The position numbers and the translations under genes were made by a program. Shown here one piece after another: positions 47,726 to 60,525 of a stretch of 64,000 bases of DNA (its first letter is position 1; every line of letters starts with the position of its first letter). Below the pieces are notes generated by a model. It saw only the letters and a list, made by a program, of their open reading frames with translations. It was not told the origin of the DNA and made no database searches. The DNA is from Hydrolagus colliei. Its lineage: Eukaryota. The stretch spans positions 14,384,001 to 14,448,000 of the forward strand of contig CM068756.1 of assembly GCA_035084275.1 (NCBI GenBank), written 5' to 3'.

Positions 47726-50700
47726 TTATTTAGATCTTGGTTCCCTGCAGACAGTGGCTGCTGCTCTTCCATGGTTTCTCACAGGGAGCTCTGCATACTC
47801 TGTATTCTTAACGGTACTTTGCAGTTTTTCTGTTTTATTGGAAGGACGTAAATCCAGAGAGGCGTATGTCATCTTGTTCCCCGCTGCCCCTTGCTTGGTC
47901 TGTAAAGGCAATGTTTGAGAATTTATTTCTATTAGTCTGTTTTCAGTCTTCAGAAATCTGCTCAAATATGCAGCAACACTTGCCTCATAACTCATTTGAT
48001 GAAGTCACTGCTCTTTTAAAGAACTGAGCCAAACAGAATGTAGTGGCGACAAATTCTGTTACGATCAGTTAGGACAGAGCAGTGAAAATGAACAGTGTAT
48101 GAGTTGTTCATTGACCTACAAAAATGTGGGGTGTGTATTTCCATATACAGTTGATGTCCCCAGTGACTCTTAAATTGACACCCAATAACTAGCCTTACAC
48201 AAGAAAAATAACTATTTTCTATACAGTTGCATATTGTCACAGTCTTTGCACAGAGCCAGGATAGTGCCGAGAGTGAAGATCAGAGGAGAAAGCTTATTAA
48301 CCAAAGATATGGTACTGCAGTCAGTTCCACTCTATTTACCAATGCAATGAAATTAGGTGGATACAAAAGGTTTATGTCTCGATTTTGTGTTTCTCAGATA
48401 TACCTCGGCGTACACAGTTCTCTCCTCATGTTTTTTCAGTCGTGGAGTTTTCTTGGAACTTGTCAAATTCAACGTGACATAATCCACTGACTTGCTCTCT
48501 GCTCTGTGCATCATCTATAAAAGAGAATGTGATCACAACAACAACACATTGCATTTGTAGAGCACCTCTCACATTGGGCTACTACTAAATATTTGTCCTC
48601 ACTATTCTGAAGACTACTGTGTACTTGCTGATCATAAAGCCATTAAATTTAAAATATTATCATTTATCTTCCATATGTTTTACAAGCAGACAGTTTTATT
48701 TAATACCACATTACCAATTGCTTGATACTGGGCACCTCTTATTTCAGTGATATATTGAGGCTGCGTAGATACGCGTAGGAAATCTATTTAAAATGCTCCT
48801 AGTTATTTATAATGAACAGCATCTTTCCATTACAACAACTCTGGTTTCAGATGAAACATTTACTGAGATGAAGAAATATACCTGGTCTTCAAAATGTTCC
48901 GATCCCCTCTGGTTTTCAAGCGGGCCTTCGAAAGAAATTAACAAATGAAAATTCACTCAATTTCCACAAAAGCATTTCTGGATATAGTTTGCTTTGACAG
49001 GATGTAAAGCGATTCAAAGTCCAAGAGCTTTTTTAAAAATAAAGTTGTCTTCTTGCATCTAATTGTCCTTATTTAGACTTCAATCTACAACAACAACAAC
49101 TTTGATTTATATAGCGCCCTCCACGCCGGACGGCGTCTCAGTGCGGCTTCACAACAACGGATTCTGGGGGTGAGCCAGGGTCAGGGGGAGAAGGTTGACT
49201 GAAGACGCGCTCGAAGAGAAAGGTCTTTAGCCGAGACCTGAAACTGGGAGGAGAGGTGGAGAGGCAAAGGGAGTGAGGAAGGTAGTTCCAGAGCCTCAAA
49301 GCGTAGTGGCTGAAGGCACGGCCGCCAATGGTGGAGCAGAAGATTCGGGGGACAAGGAGGAGGCCACACCCAGTAGAGCGAAGGCAATGGGTGCTGTTTT
49401 GAGGAGACAGGAGGTTGGAGAGGTTGAAGGACTGGGGTAATGGGGGAGAGAAGTTTGACGTGGGTGAAAATGCAGGCGGCAGAGGTTTGTATCAGTTGGA
49501 TTTTATGGATTGTGGTGGAGGGGAGACCGGTGAGGAGAGCATTGGTATAGTCCAGCAGAAAGGTAACAAAGGCATGGACCAGGGCTTCAACGGCTTTGGG
49601 GGCGAGATGTTGGCAGAGACAGGTGATCCGTCATAGGTGAAAAAAAGCGGTACTGGTGAGGGACTGGATGTGGGGGATGAAGGACAGTTGTGGGTTGAAC
49701 CTGACACCTAGGTTGCATATGGGTTCGGAGAGTTTTAGGGGCAGGCCCGGTAGGTAGAGGAGGTGAGAACCATGTGGTAAAGGCAGAAACCTAAACCCAA
49801 GAGTAGAGTAAAATAAATTACACAATTCATAACCTATCTTGTCCTCTCACTCTTATTCTTGTTAACGTATTTCCATTCACTAACCCTGTTCTCTGTAACT
49901 CCATCATGGAGTCCCTCCAATTCCCTCTTTCTTAAGCCTCCTTCAAAATCTGCTACAAAATAACCGAGAGAATAGATAATCCAGAATATAAAATATAAAA
50001 CCAAAGACTTGTTCATTACACAATTAGAATATTACATCCAGTATAATTTACCTCATTTAGGATATTAACCAGAATGATATCGGGGAGAATCGTTTTGCCA
50101 TATGAGCAGAGACTGGAGAAAGTAGAAGTTTTCCGCTTGGAACAAGGAGGGTTGAAGTCGACCTGATAGAGATCTTTAAAATCATGAGTGTTTCCATTGC
50201 GTCAATGTAGAGTTTATTTCAAATGTAATGTGAGCTAGCAAACAAGCAGAAGTGTGGTTGGAAAACTCTTTCCCAAACACTGAGTTGTTAGATTATGTAA
50301 TCCCAGGTCAGACGAAATGCTTGACCACATTAGCTTTCAAAAAGATACTGGATACAATACCTTAAAAGAAATAAATGAGGGAGTATAGATAGGTAAATTA
50401 GATATGTCTCAAGATGCATTTATTTGACCTTGATTTAAGCCATTTTTCCTTTCCCCACTACCCCATCCCACTGGATGCCTGGCCAGCAGTGTCAAGCACT
50501 TTGGAATTTCCTCCAGACTTAAATGGATTATATAAAAGTATAATTGTATGGCATATTTGTATTATTCTGTTAAATATTGTTCTAATTTACAATAACCTCT
50601 TTGACCCAAATTCTGAGTTATATCACTGCATTTCTATCGATAGCTTTTACTTTTCTCCATCTATATAAACAATCTGGATTGTGGTATAACAGGGCACAAT

Positions 50701-53700
50701 TTCTAAGGTTGCTCAAGAGACAAAAGTGAAACTAAGAGTGAAGAAGATAGTAATTTCATGGAAGAGATATCAAGTCTAGTAGATTGGATAGACAAGTGGC
50801 GGATTAAATTAAATCGAGAAAAGCATGGTTGAACATTTTGTGATTTGTGCCCGGTCCTGACAGGATGCTGTGGGAGCAGTGGCCAGGGCAGAATGTGCAT
50901 TTTATATAATCAAACATTCTCTACCTGTATTTTGTAAAACTAGTTCATTGTGGCGCAATGTGGAAAAGGCAGATAGATGGGTTGTGGACTATTCAAAGAG
51001 TGAATAAAGAATCTGTGTGCTGAATGGCCTTCTATCCACCACGTAGTCCCTCCACCTCACCCCGTCCCTGGCCTCCTTCAAGTCCCGCCTCAAGATTCTC
51101 CCGTTCGATGGATCCATCAGCACCTCCTGATCCCCACTTTCCTCTCTACCACCCTGTCCTAAACTCGGGTCTGAAACACTAACTGTCCAGTACCTTGGGA
51201 AGTCCTTCTGACGTGAAAGGCGCTATAAACAAGTGTAATTTTGTTGTTGTTGTATGCCTTAGCCTTCTGTAGTTGTATCACAACAGATTTCAGACATTCA
51301 TTGCACGGAAATTTCTGATTAAATATACACGGGAAGAGATTCTGTTAGGTTATTTGTAATTCAATCGCAATAAATCGACGATTGTCATCACTTTACCAGG
51401 ATGTCTTTCTCTCCTTGTCACCTCGAATTCTCTCACCGATTGACTGAATTTTTGTACTAAATTAAGCATTTCCATTTAATCTCAATGGAATAGGAATACA
51501 TCTCACCTTTCTTTGTTTTTAATTGGCATTGTTTGCCAATGATGATCAAAAGCAACAGAAATACCAGGCCTCCCACTGTACATCCAGCGATCAGTCTGTA
51601 GTTAGGTAGAGCAGCATGTTCTACAAGAAAAGCATAAGTTGAGTGTGTTTGGGATCCCAGCAATCAGTTATAGTTTCAGCAACTGTACGATGCACCAGAA
51701 TAGGGATGTTTTAGCAGGTTTTGCTACTGTTTTTTTAAAATTTTTAAACAAGGTCTTGGCAGGTTTGTAGCAGTCCAAGGCAATGTTGATGAAAAACCAG
51801 ATAGTCTAGATGATGAACAAGACCTGGAATTGCAGGACAGTCACAGTGGGGGAAGGTTCTTGGGCAACCTTTGCCAAATGCTATTCTGAATAGGCTAGAA
51901 AGATGAGTCTGTCCAGGGAGACAAAGCATATTGCAATCCAAAGCACATTGCACCGAACATTGCACCGAACATTGCAATCCAAAGGAAAAATTAGATGTGG
52001 ATGACATTATTGAGCAGGGACCAGGAATTTCAATTTTGATGAGTTTTAAGAATCCTTTTTCTTGGGGAGATGGTACAAATCTTTTCAATTCAAAGACTGT
52101 ACACATGAAGCTGCATGTTATTTTATATATGTTTCTATGGATACTGGGCAAGAAAATGATATGGTTGTCTATATATAATTTAAATATGTTTGAATAACAA
52201 TTTAGTTAACAACAATTAATAGTAGGATATTGGTAGATGTGTGGAGTCCTGTAGTTTAGTGGTTAGAGTAATAGTGTCGCAAGCGAGAGACCATGGATTC
52301 GATAGCCGAGCAGGGCAAAATGTTGGGCAAATTTCCTTACTCTATATTCTGTTCACTTAGCAGTAAGTATGAATCCAGTTGTTGGTCAATTTGTGTATCA
52401 CTTTCCCAGGGATAATAATACATTAAAAACACTGTTTAAAAATTTTAATTAATAATTTTGTCACTCAATCCATGACTCTTTGTGGGATACTGCTATGCGC
52501 AATTTGCTGCCACAATTTGTCCACAAAATATACAGTCAATTCACTTCACAGTAGCTCTTTCAAATGTCTCGAAGATGTGCTGTGGCTCTATATCATATGC
52601 AAGGATTATTATCATTATCATTAAATTACCTGGGATAGAAACTGTGAATCTCGAAACTGCTGGAATCCGGAGGCTGTTGTGAGACACGGAACAGGAATAA
52701 ACAACCCCGCTCTGTACAGGCTGCTTCTCTTCTAAATAGCTGGAAACTCTGTAAAGGCCATTTGAATCCCTTTCTTTACTGGAATTTATGCCAGTTTTAA
52801 CTTCATTGCCATTTTTACTCCAGGTGAGTGTTATATCTTCAGGGTAAAATGCAGCCGTTTCACACACAAGAGTCAGAGGCTTTGTTGAATCTCCTTCAGA
52901 TTCTCTGGAGAATATCGTCAGCGGGGTCGGGGGGACTGTAGGACAGACAATGGTGGAGAATCAGTTAATTGTGATCAGTTGGAAGGTTAGACTTTATTCC
53001 CATTTGAATTCTCTTTAAATTGTTTCCTTACAACATTATAATAAACAAGATCCTCTGAGATGTTACCACACATTAAGGGCACTATGTTGCAAGTTATTAA
53101 GCAATCTGGAGGGAACTGATCCTGTTCGGATCTTTTATTTCAAACACTGTTAAAAGATGCCTTGGAGGAGGTCTTTCCACTATTCAGCAGATTATTAGCT
53201 TGATGAAAGGATTTAACTGTGACAAGAAGGTGCGTAAACATGGTTTATATTGATAGATTGGAGATAATTTGATTGGGCTGTCAATGAATGATAACATATT
53301 GCATGATGCATTCTTCTGATAGAGGTATACAAATAGAAGGAGACATAATTCTGATATTTTGGCAAAGTGTATTAGGCCTGATATGAAAGTTAAATGTATC
53401 AACGGGGACGGAAAGTGGTGAACAAATTGGATTCAAATTTATTCCACCATTCTCCAGAACAGTGGAGATTTCACCATCAACAACAACAACAATTTACATT
53501 TATAGAGCGCCTTTCACGTCGGGAGGACGTCCCAAGGCGCTGAAATTTGAGATATCAGCAAATCTCCCCATTAACACTAATATTCCTTTTGTTCGGTTGC
53601 ATTTGTTTACATTCTATGAGCTTTGAACCAACTTACCATAATTAAAATAAGAAATTCAAAACCATTTTATGACTATTGATGTGTGCAAATTTGTGCAAAT

Positions 53701-55429
53701 TGTCAAAGATTTTAAACATCTGTCTTTCATACAAATCAGAGATTCTGATCATTATTCTCATTAGTATTGTCTGTAAACTTATTAGTGTTACTGTTAGTAT
53801 ATAATAAGTAGTATTATTGTTGCATTAATATTAATAGAAATAATAGTAAACCTTGCAGTCAATATAGGGCCGTTTGTATTGAGATGACTTCTCAAAGCAT
53901 TTTCATATGATTCACTATAAAAGGCGGTGATTTAGTAAGGAGACCACAGCAGCCGGTTTTGCATGCAGCAATGTGCCATAAACAGCCATGGAGTGAATAA
54001 CAAACATTATCTGGGGATTCGTTGGCCAGGACACGGGAGGAACAATCTATTTTCTGTTTTCGAATATCACATGGTCTTTAACCTGAACAGGCAGAAGGGA
54101 CCTCAGTTTAGCGTCTCATCCAAATAAGGGGGAACCTCATGGAATTGTATTAGACTGTCAGTGTACACTGTGATCTTCAAGTTTTGAATCGGGACAATTG
54201 GAATAAATTTGTTGAGAACCGAATCAAATATGAGGTGGAATTAATTTTCTACATGTGACATTAGGAGGGTTATAAATGTTTGAAGGCATTGCTGAAAACA
54301 ATTATTGAGCAACTTAGATTCCACTTTGATGTGTGTGGTATAAATCTGCCAGCTCCTATGAATACAATTTTAAAAATTGCAATACTTTATTTGAATATTC
54401 TGTTAATAAAAATAAGTCAGGTTGAAATTTTAAAAAACCTCGGTGCTTTATTATCATAAATTTGTATCAAAGCAGAAAATTAAAAAATTAAGTAGGCATA
54501 AAATAATTTATCCAATACTGTTTCAAAATGCTGGCATGGACAGCCTTTCAACATTCTCTCTTACTATTGTATTCACACTCACCATGTACAATTAAACGCG
54601 ATCCAGTTCCATTCCCTAATGCTTTCCCCTGACAGATCACTGCACAGTGATAGACTCCTGATTCTTGGGAAGTCACATTTAGGAGTTGGAATGATTTGAA
54701 ACCAAATATTTTTCTGTTGTCGGGTCTTTTATGTAAGTATTCACTCTCTCCTTGCTTCCACCAGTGAAATGTTAGATCTGAACTGGGTTGGTTACCGGCA
54801 AACTTGCAGCTGAAGGTAACGTTATCACCTTGGAGTGCTGTCCGGTCTAAAGGATATTGAATCACTTTCATCGATGCATCACCAGCATCTGTGAGAAAAC
54901 AATTAAAACCATGCGTTGGTGATTATAGTGTTGAAGAAAGGTAACAAATTAACTATAGAGAATAATAATACTAATAATAATAATGCTTGCATTTGATATA
55001 GCACTTTTCACATCTTCTAGGCATCTCAAAGCACTTCACAGAATAAAGTGAATATGTGGGTGAAAGGCGGCAGCCAATTGTGCACAGCAGTGTCCCACAA
55101 ATAGTCATGGATTGAAATTACCCCCAAAAAATTTCAAGGGATTATTATTAGGTTTGTGGAGTAAGGAAACTTGCCCAAGGTTTCACCCTGCCTGGAATTG
55201 AACCCAGGTCTCAAGCTTGCAAGGCGAGTACCCTAACTACTGAGCTACATGACTCCACAAGACTCCCGGGAAAGGAGGGAAAGAGGATGCAAGAAAGTGA
55301 AAGAGTGAGAAACATTTTGAAACTATTCATCAATATTATTTTGCACTTAAGATGCGCTGCAGTAAAACACTTACCTGTGAAAATAAACCCCATTACAGAA
55401 AGATAGAGGAACAAATCATTCGCCATCAT
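47726..55429 (-). CDS. G5: intact inhibitory SIRP-like V-C1 receptor
   Basis: Leader 55375-55429 (MMANDLFLYLSVMGFIFT), V 54583-54888, C1 52630-52935, TM 51507-51620, cyt1 48882-48925 (GPLENQRGSEHFEDQ), exon A 48404-48514 (VDYVTL...TVYAE), exon B 47726-47899 (MTYASL...TEYAEL...REPRSK*). The frame is open. Confidence 0.9.
49085..49780 (-). mobile_element. L2-type LINE 3' fragment
   Basis: L2 tail plus CNLGVRF..LSF.PHI and PWSMPL motifs. Confidence 0.7.
52243..52625 (+). mobile_element. Deu-type SINE ending just past the G5 C1 donor
   Basis: Head GGAGTCCTGTAG, core and (ATT)n tail. Confidence 0.7.
54975..55260 (-). mobile_element. Deu-type SINE in the G5 leader-V intron
   Basis: Full-length match to the family. 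Confidence 0.75.
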
Positions 55430-55509
55430 TGCAATCAGTTGTTGAAACTCACACTGAGCCTCTTGCTCGGTGCAAGAAATGTTTGCTGATTGTCGAAATA
55501 ATTTGCAGT

Positions 55510-55525
55510 GTCATGTGATTTCCTG
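55510..55525 (-). promoter_or_regulatory. M-box plus ETS composite element of G5
   Basis: GTCATGTGATTTCCTG. Confidence 0.45.
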
Positions 55526-55689
55526 TATCCGTTTATCAGAGATGAGTTAGACGCAGTTTGCAAAGTGTGGCTTTCTATCATAACTGTAATCATTCCTCAG
55601 ATTGGTAGCAAAGAGAAGGGGTAAATAAATGCACATTATTGCCTGTTTTTATTTTCTGCATTCCTGCATTAATTCTTCCTTATCATAAG

Positions 55690-56110
55690 AACATTAGAGA
55701 TGGTAGACATAAACATACCAAGGTCCATCTAGTTCAACTTTTACCTTCCTGGTGTCCACATGCACATTCATACCTATGTGCTATATACCACAATGATATT
55801 TCCTGAAAAACGTATCTAATTTGTGTTTGAAGGAATCAATGCTTCACGCTTCACCATCTCCCTAGGCAGCCTGTTCCACAATGTGTAGATATGTTTTAAT
55901 GTACAGTCCTTCTATCGAAAGGCATGTTGAGACTAGTTGAAACAGCTTGATCTATATTGGCTAGCCCCTTCAGAATCTTAAAGATAAAAATTGTGTTGCC
56001 TTTTAATCTTCTCTTTTCCACCACGAAAATAGCTAATCTACTCAGTCGTTCCTCATAGACCAGTCCTTCCATTTCCTGAATCAATAAACGATTTTGACTA
56101 TCCCAAACAT
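55690..56110 (-). mobile_element. Degraded CR1 3' fragment
   Basis: ORF 55896-56114 reads GLVYEERLSRL..EKRRLKG..IFKILKG. Confidence 0.6.
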
Positions 56111-59100
56111 TCACATTTATAATATGTATATTATCAGGAACAATATGTTTTTAAAGCTGAAAAACAGAGTTTAGGAAGCTTCATTCTCTCCAGTTTAACA
56201 TCATCTTTAGGCTTCACCATTGTTTGGAATCTAATGAAAAGCACACGGAAAACCAAAATGATCTTTGAATCAAACACAAAGATTTTAATTATTTAATGTT
56301 TATTGCATCTATTTGTGCATGGCAATATCACAGAAGCAAGTATGAAGTCACTGGCCAATTTTCCCCAGAGGACACACTTCAGTATAAGAGTAATGCTAAG
56401 ATCTTTAACTTACACCTGACCAGGCAGCCTGGATAAGAACAGCAACTTGCATACATACATATTATATGTTAACATGGGAAGCATCTCCGAGCATCTTGAA
56501 CTTGAGCATTCTCAAGGCTGAGACTGATAGATTTTTTTTAAATAGAGGGATTAGGGGATATGGGTATAGGGAAGGTAATTAGCGTTAGGTCAGAAGGTCA
56601 GCCATGATCTTATCGAATGCCGGGGCAGACTCGAGGGGCTGAATGACCTACTCCTGCTCCTAATTCTTATGATCTTATGTTCTAACTGCACCCACAACAA
56701 GGCAAAGAATCCCATTACAACACCCTAGAATATGAGCAGCAATCAGTAGAAGTGAAACATATGTACGTTCTGGAGGGTTAGACTATGTATGTTTTGAGCG
56801 CTCTAACAACTGAGTAACAGGGCTCCACTAATTATTAGAAACAGGAACCCTGCATTGAACAAGAGGCCACATACATACTATTTAAAGGTGAAACCCTGAA
56901 AGTTCACTCAGCAAAAAGACGAACAAGGAGTTGTTTTCTTTTTGTTTTCCAAACTACAAAGAGTGTAAATAAACTGTACTTGAATAATATGTTTAACGAA
57001 GGAAAGGAATGATGCAGAAGAAGGTGACATTATTCCGTCTGATGGCAATCATGTGTTCTGAGACTTTGACTGAAAAATCACCAGTAACTATCATAAAAAA
57101 TAACAAGAACCAGATTGCTACAGTAAAATACACACCCACCACCACCCAACCCCATGATTCTGATCAATTTTGACCTGATGGTCTGTAACACAATGACTTG
57201 CAACAATGCTACACAGATGTTTTACCCACAGAAACTTCTGTGTCATTTGACTTCCTGTCTTTGAGGGTTCAGGAAATTGAATTTGAGTTGCAAGTGCAAT
57301 TTGTAAGGAAACGTGATCACGAAAGCTATGACGAGTTAACCCAATCCGTTGGTCGCACATCTAGCCTTCATGGCAGTATTCAAACTCATGTTGTGTACGG
57401 AGGGATGCTGGGGTTGACTGATACCAATTTGGTGGATCATCACATCTTCAGATAGTTCCATACAGCTATTGATAGAAACCAATAGGCAACAAAATAATTA
57501 GATCCATCTTCACGGATATCACGGATATCTATGTAATTATTTTTTCTTATCTGGGTGTCAAATCCATGCAGAAACCCATCACCATGTTTAAGATCCCACA
57601 AAGTAAATTAAGAGTTCCATGCATCCCGATTTGGTGTGGAAATTCCCATGTATTGGGAATAGATCCTCTCCCTTGCAGGGAAAAATCCTGTTTAGCTAAT
57701 CCTAGAGAGTATTAATAACAGGCAAAAGCCAAGTTCTGGGGACTCTAGTTTGCCATTTAACAATTGACAAAGGCAGGTTTTAGCCCTCACTTGGTGGACA
57801 TCAGGTAGCAACACCTCCCTATGAAAGTCTTGGTGGGCATCACTGCTCAGTGTGAAATGTTTGATATAGACTCAATTACTCTGCTCACAGTTTGGATAAG
57901 CATTTAGCGATGAGAGTGCAGTGGGAGAGTGACATAGAGAGGGGCAGAGAGAGCGGCTGTGAATGGCAGTGGTGTTGGGGATGGGGTGGTGTTCACAGAA
58001 TGAGAGAGAGCCTGAGAGCGTGAGAGAAAGAAACAAGAGTAAATTAGGGAGCACAGAGCTTAGGGATTCAGAGTTGGAGAGAGTGTGTGTGTGTAGGGCT
58101 GGAGTCCCTTCAAATCGCTCCTTCCCTCGTCTCTTTCAAGGCACATGAAGAACTCTTTGACTGCCATCGTTTCCTCTCCCCAACTCCTCCCTTGTCTTAC
58201 ATCCCTAGCTCAGGTGCTCAGCCAGGAATGTCAGCGGTTTGACATCCCCACTTCCCCGAAAAGGGTACTTGTGTAAACGTTGTTATGTATATTGAAGTGT
58301 AACACACATATATTACATATACAGCCTACAGATGTTTCTTAAATAGGGCATTCAGTGCTGAACAGCCAAAAGGCTGGACCAACCTGTCCTAGAGTATATG
58401 AGTTCCAAGTCCCCATATGGAGCTTGAATCTAAAAACTTCTAACTCAGAGGTGAGGAGTCTTCCAAATGAGCCAGACTGATGCACTATATTTGGTTCACT
58501 TCACACTCCTCAGCAGACTTATTTGAGCTATTTGGATGTATTTTTAAAATGAACAACATCAAATCATAACAGGACTCAGTGACACATGCTAAGCCTGTAT
58601 GGATAAAAGCTTAAATAAGAGGTAAAGATGCTTCATTCTCTACATGGTAACATTAGTTTCATGTCAAACTCTAATGAATAAAATCAACAGAGATCTGAAC
58701 GCTCTGGGGCTAATGAAGTGGGTATGAGGGGGTGGGGGGAATGGGGGGGTGGGGGGCGTGGGATGGTTCTGCTTTTTTTAAGCATTATAGGATACCATTG
58801 AAGAAGTCAGAGTTGGAGTGGGAAGGAGGAATAAAGTGGCAAGCAACCAAAAGCTCAGGGTTACACTTGCGAAAAGAAGCGAGCTGTGCGGCAAAGCGAT
58901 CTAGGTTCCAATCTAGGTTTGGTCTCAACGACCAGAGATGATGGATTCAAAACGTGTTGCTTCAAGAACAAAGTAGATACATTAATCATGAATAATAATA
59001 ACTCAGGATATCAGGATACAGTACTGTATATAGTGACGCAACATGTCAAGCGACTGCCAGGATAGTGAAAGGCGACCTGATGGACCTTGGTCTTCTTTCG

Positions 59101-59885
59101 CCAGCAAAATTACGTTTTCATGTTCTTAAATTGGCGTTGTTACCAACATTACAGGATCAGCAAATAGATCTAATCAATATTTTGCAACTCAATGATTGAT
59201 GCTTTTAATGGATTTCCGCATGTCTCAGACATTGTTTCCTTTGGAGCATAGACAATCAATGATTGATTAAACTACCGTATTCAAGTTCATTAAACATTTT
59301 ATTTACTGCAATTCAACAGGATAAAATCAAAGCTGTTATGTTCAATTATAATGCATGATACAGAGAATTTTGTTGGAGATTTTAGGCAAGTGCTCCTACA
59401 TATATTACACTGAACATAAAATAAAACTTTTATTCTTTGCAAAGCCATAGCCACCAATCATCGTTACTAAAAATGAATAGCTCTATATTAATGCAATAAA
59501 ACACAGAGTGACCTGGGACCTGGCGATCAAGTCTCAATAGTTCACATGTGCCTGTGAGTGCAATGTAAAATATTTGGAAACTTGTGGTAGAACGGCAAAC
59601 TTGACTCCATTTTCTGGTGCTGAATTTGAAATGTTTGCGAATTTAAAAACAAATAACAAGATAATCTGGGACTTTTTTGTAACTACGATAAAACAGACCA
59701 AGGTTTTATTTTTAAAAAGCTGAAAAATTTGAAGTGTTTATGCTGGTCCACTATAAAATTGGAACAGAAGTATAGATCAAAGTGCAGCTGCCTTCTGGAT
59801 CCTTTTGTGGAGAAAGCTCTCTGTGGCATAGAATTATTGAAACAAGACAGTAGCAGTCAGAAAACTTGATGTCATCTACAATCAT

Positions 59886-60525
59886 GGAGTCCTGTAGCTC
59901 AGTGGTTAGAGCACTCACCTTAAAAGCCAGCGACCTGGGTTCAATTCCAGGCAGATGAAACCTTGGACAAATTTCCTTACGCCACATGCCTAACAATAAT
60001 CGCTCAAAAAAAATTGATAATTTCAATCCATGATTGTTTGTGGGACACTATTGAGTGAAATTCGCTGCCACTTTTTGCCCATATACAGTAAAAGCCCATT
60101 TATCCATGACCCGATCGACTGGATTGCGTGACCCCCTCCTGGGGCAATTCCCCATTCCAGCAATCGTGAGTATGCTCACTTCATGCATGCGCGCAATACG
60201 TGCGCATGCGCATTTATTAAATTTACGAGCTCTAGGTTTCTACAGATCGGTAGAAAATGCTTTTTTACTGATCATTTTTTTACCGAGTATTGGAATCTTT
60301 ATTGGTAAGTATCCATACAATATTCTGTTCCTATTTAGCATATTATTAATATGGTATGTTTTAAAATAAGTAAATTTTTTGTGTTGGGTTTTCGGCAACT
60401 TGCCGCCTGATTATCCGACACAGTCAATTAGTCGACCCAATGTGTGCCGGATAAACAGCTTTTACTGTATATAGAGTCAATTCACTTTACAGTATATTTT
60501 GTGAAGCGCTTTGAGATGGCGAGAA
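59886..60525 (+). mobile_element. Deu-type SINE interrupted by a MITE
   Basis: Head GGAGTCCTGTAGCTCAGTGGTTAGAGC. The tail resumes at 60470. Confidence 0.75.
60086..60467. mobile_element. Tc1/mariner (Tigger-like) MITE, 382 bp
   Basis: TIRs CAGTAAAAGCCCATTTATCC / CAGTAAAAGCTGTTTATCC, with TA TSD. Confidence 0.8.

Noticed and set aside
4888-54888. Rearranging Ig/TCR/IgNAR locus
   Set aside because: Each V exon already includes the G strand (NGTGS.LTV) and ends in a splice donor. No heptamer-spacer-nonamer flanks any V, and each V has its own C1, TM and tail.
57100-57700. Possible old LINE (Tx1/L1) ORF2 C-terminal remnant on the minus strand
   Set aside because: Only weak resemblance (W..K.G...I.DI.EDG) with many stops. 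It cannot be supported without a search.
22483-59960. tRNA genes (A/B boxes, anticodon-like stems)
   Set aside because: All are heads of the SINE family, continue into the SINE core and lack a proper acceptor stem.
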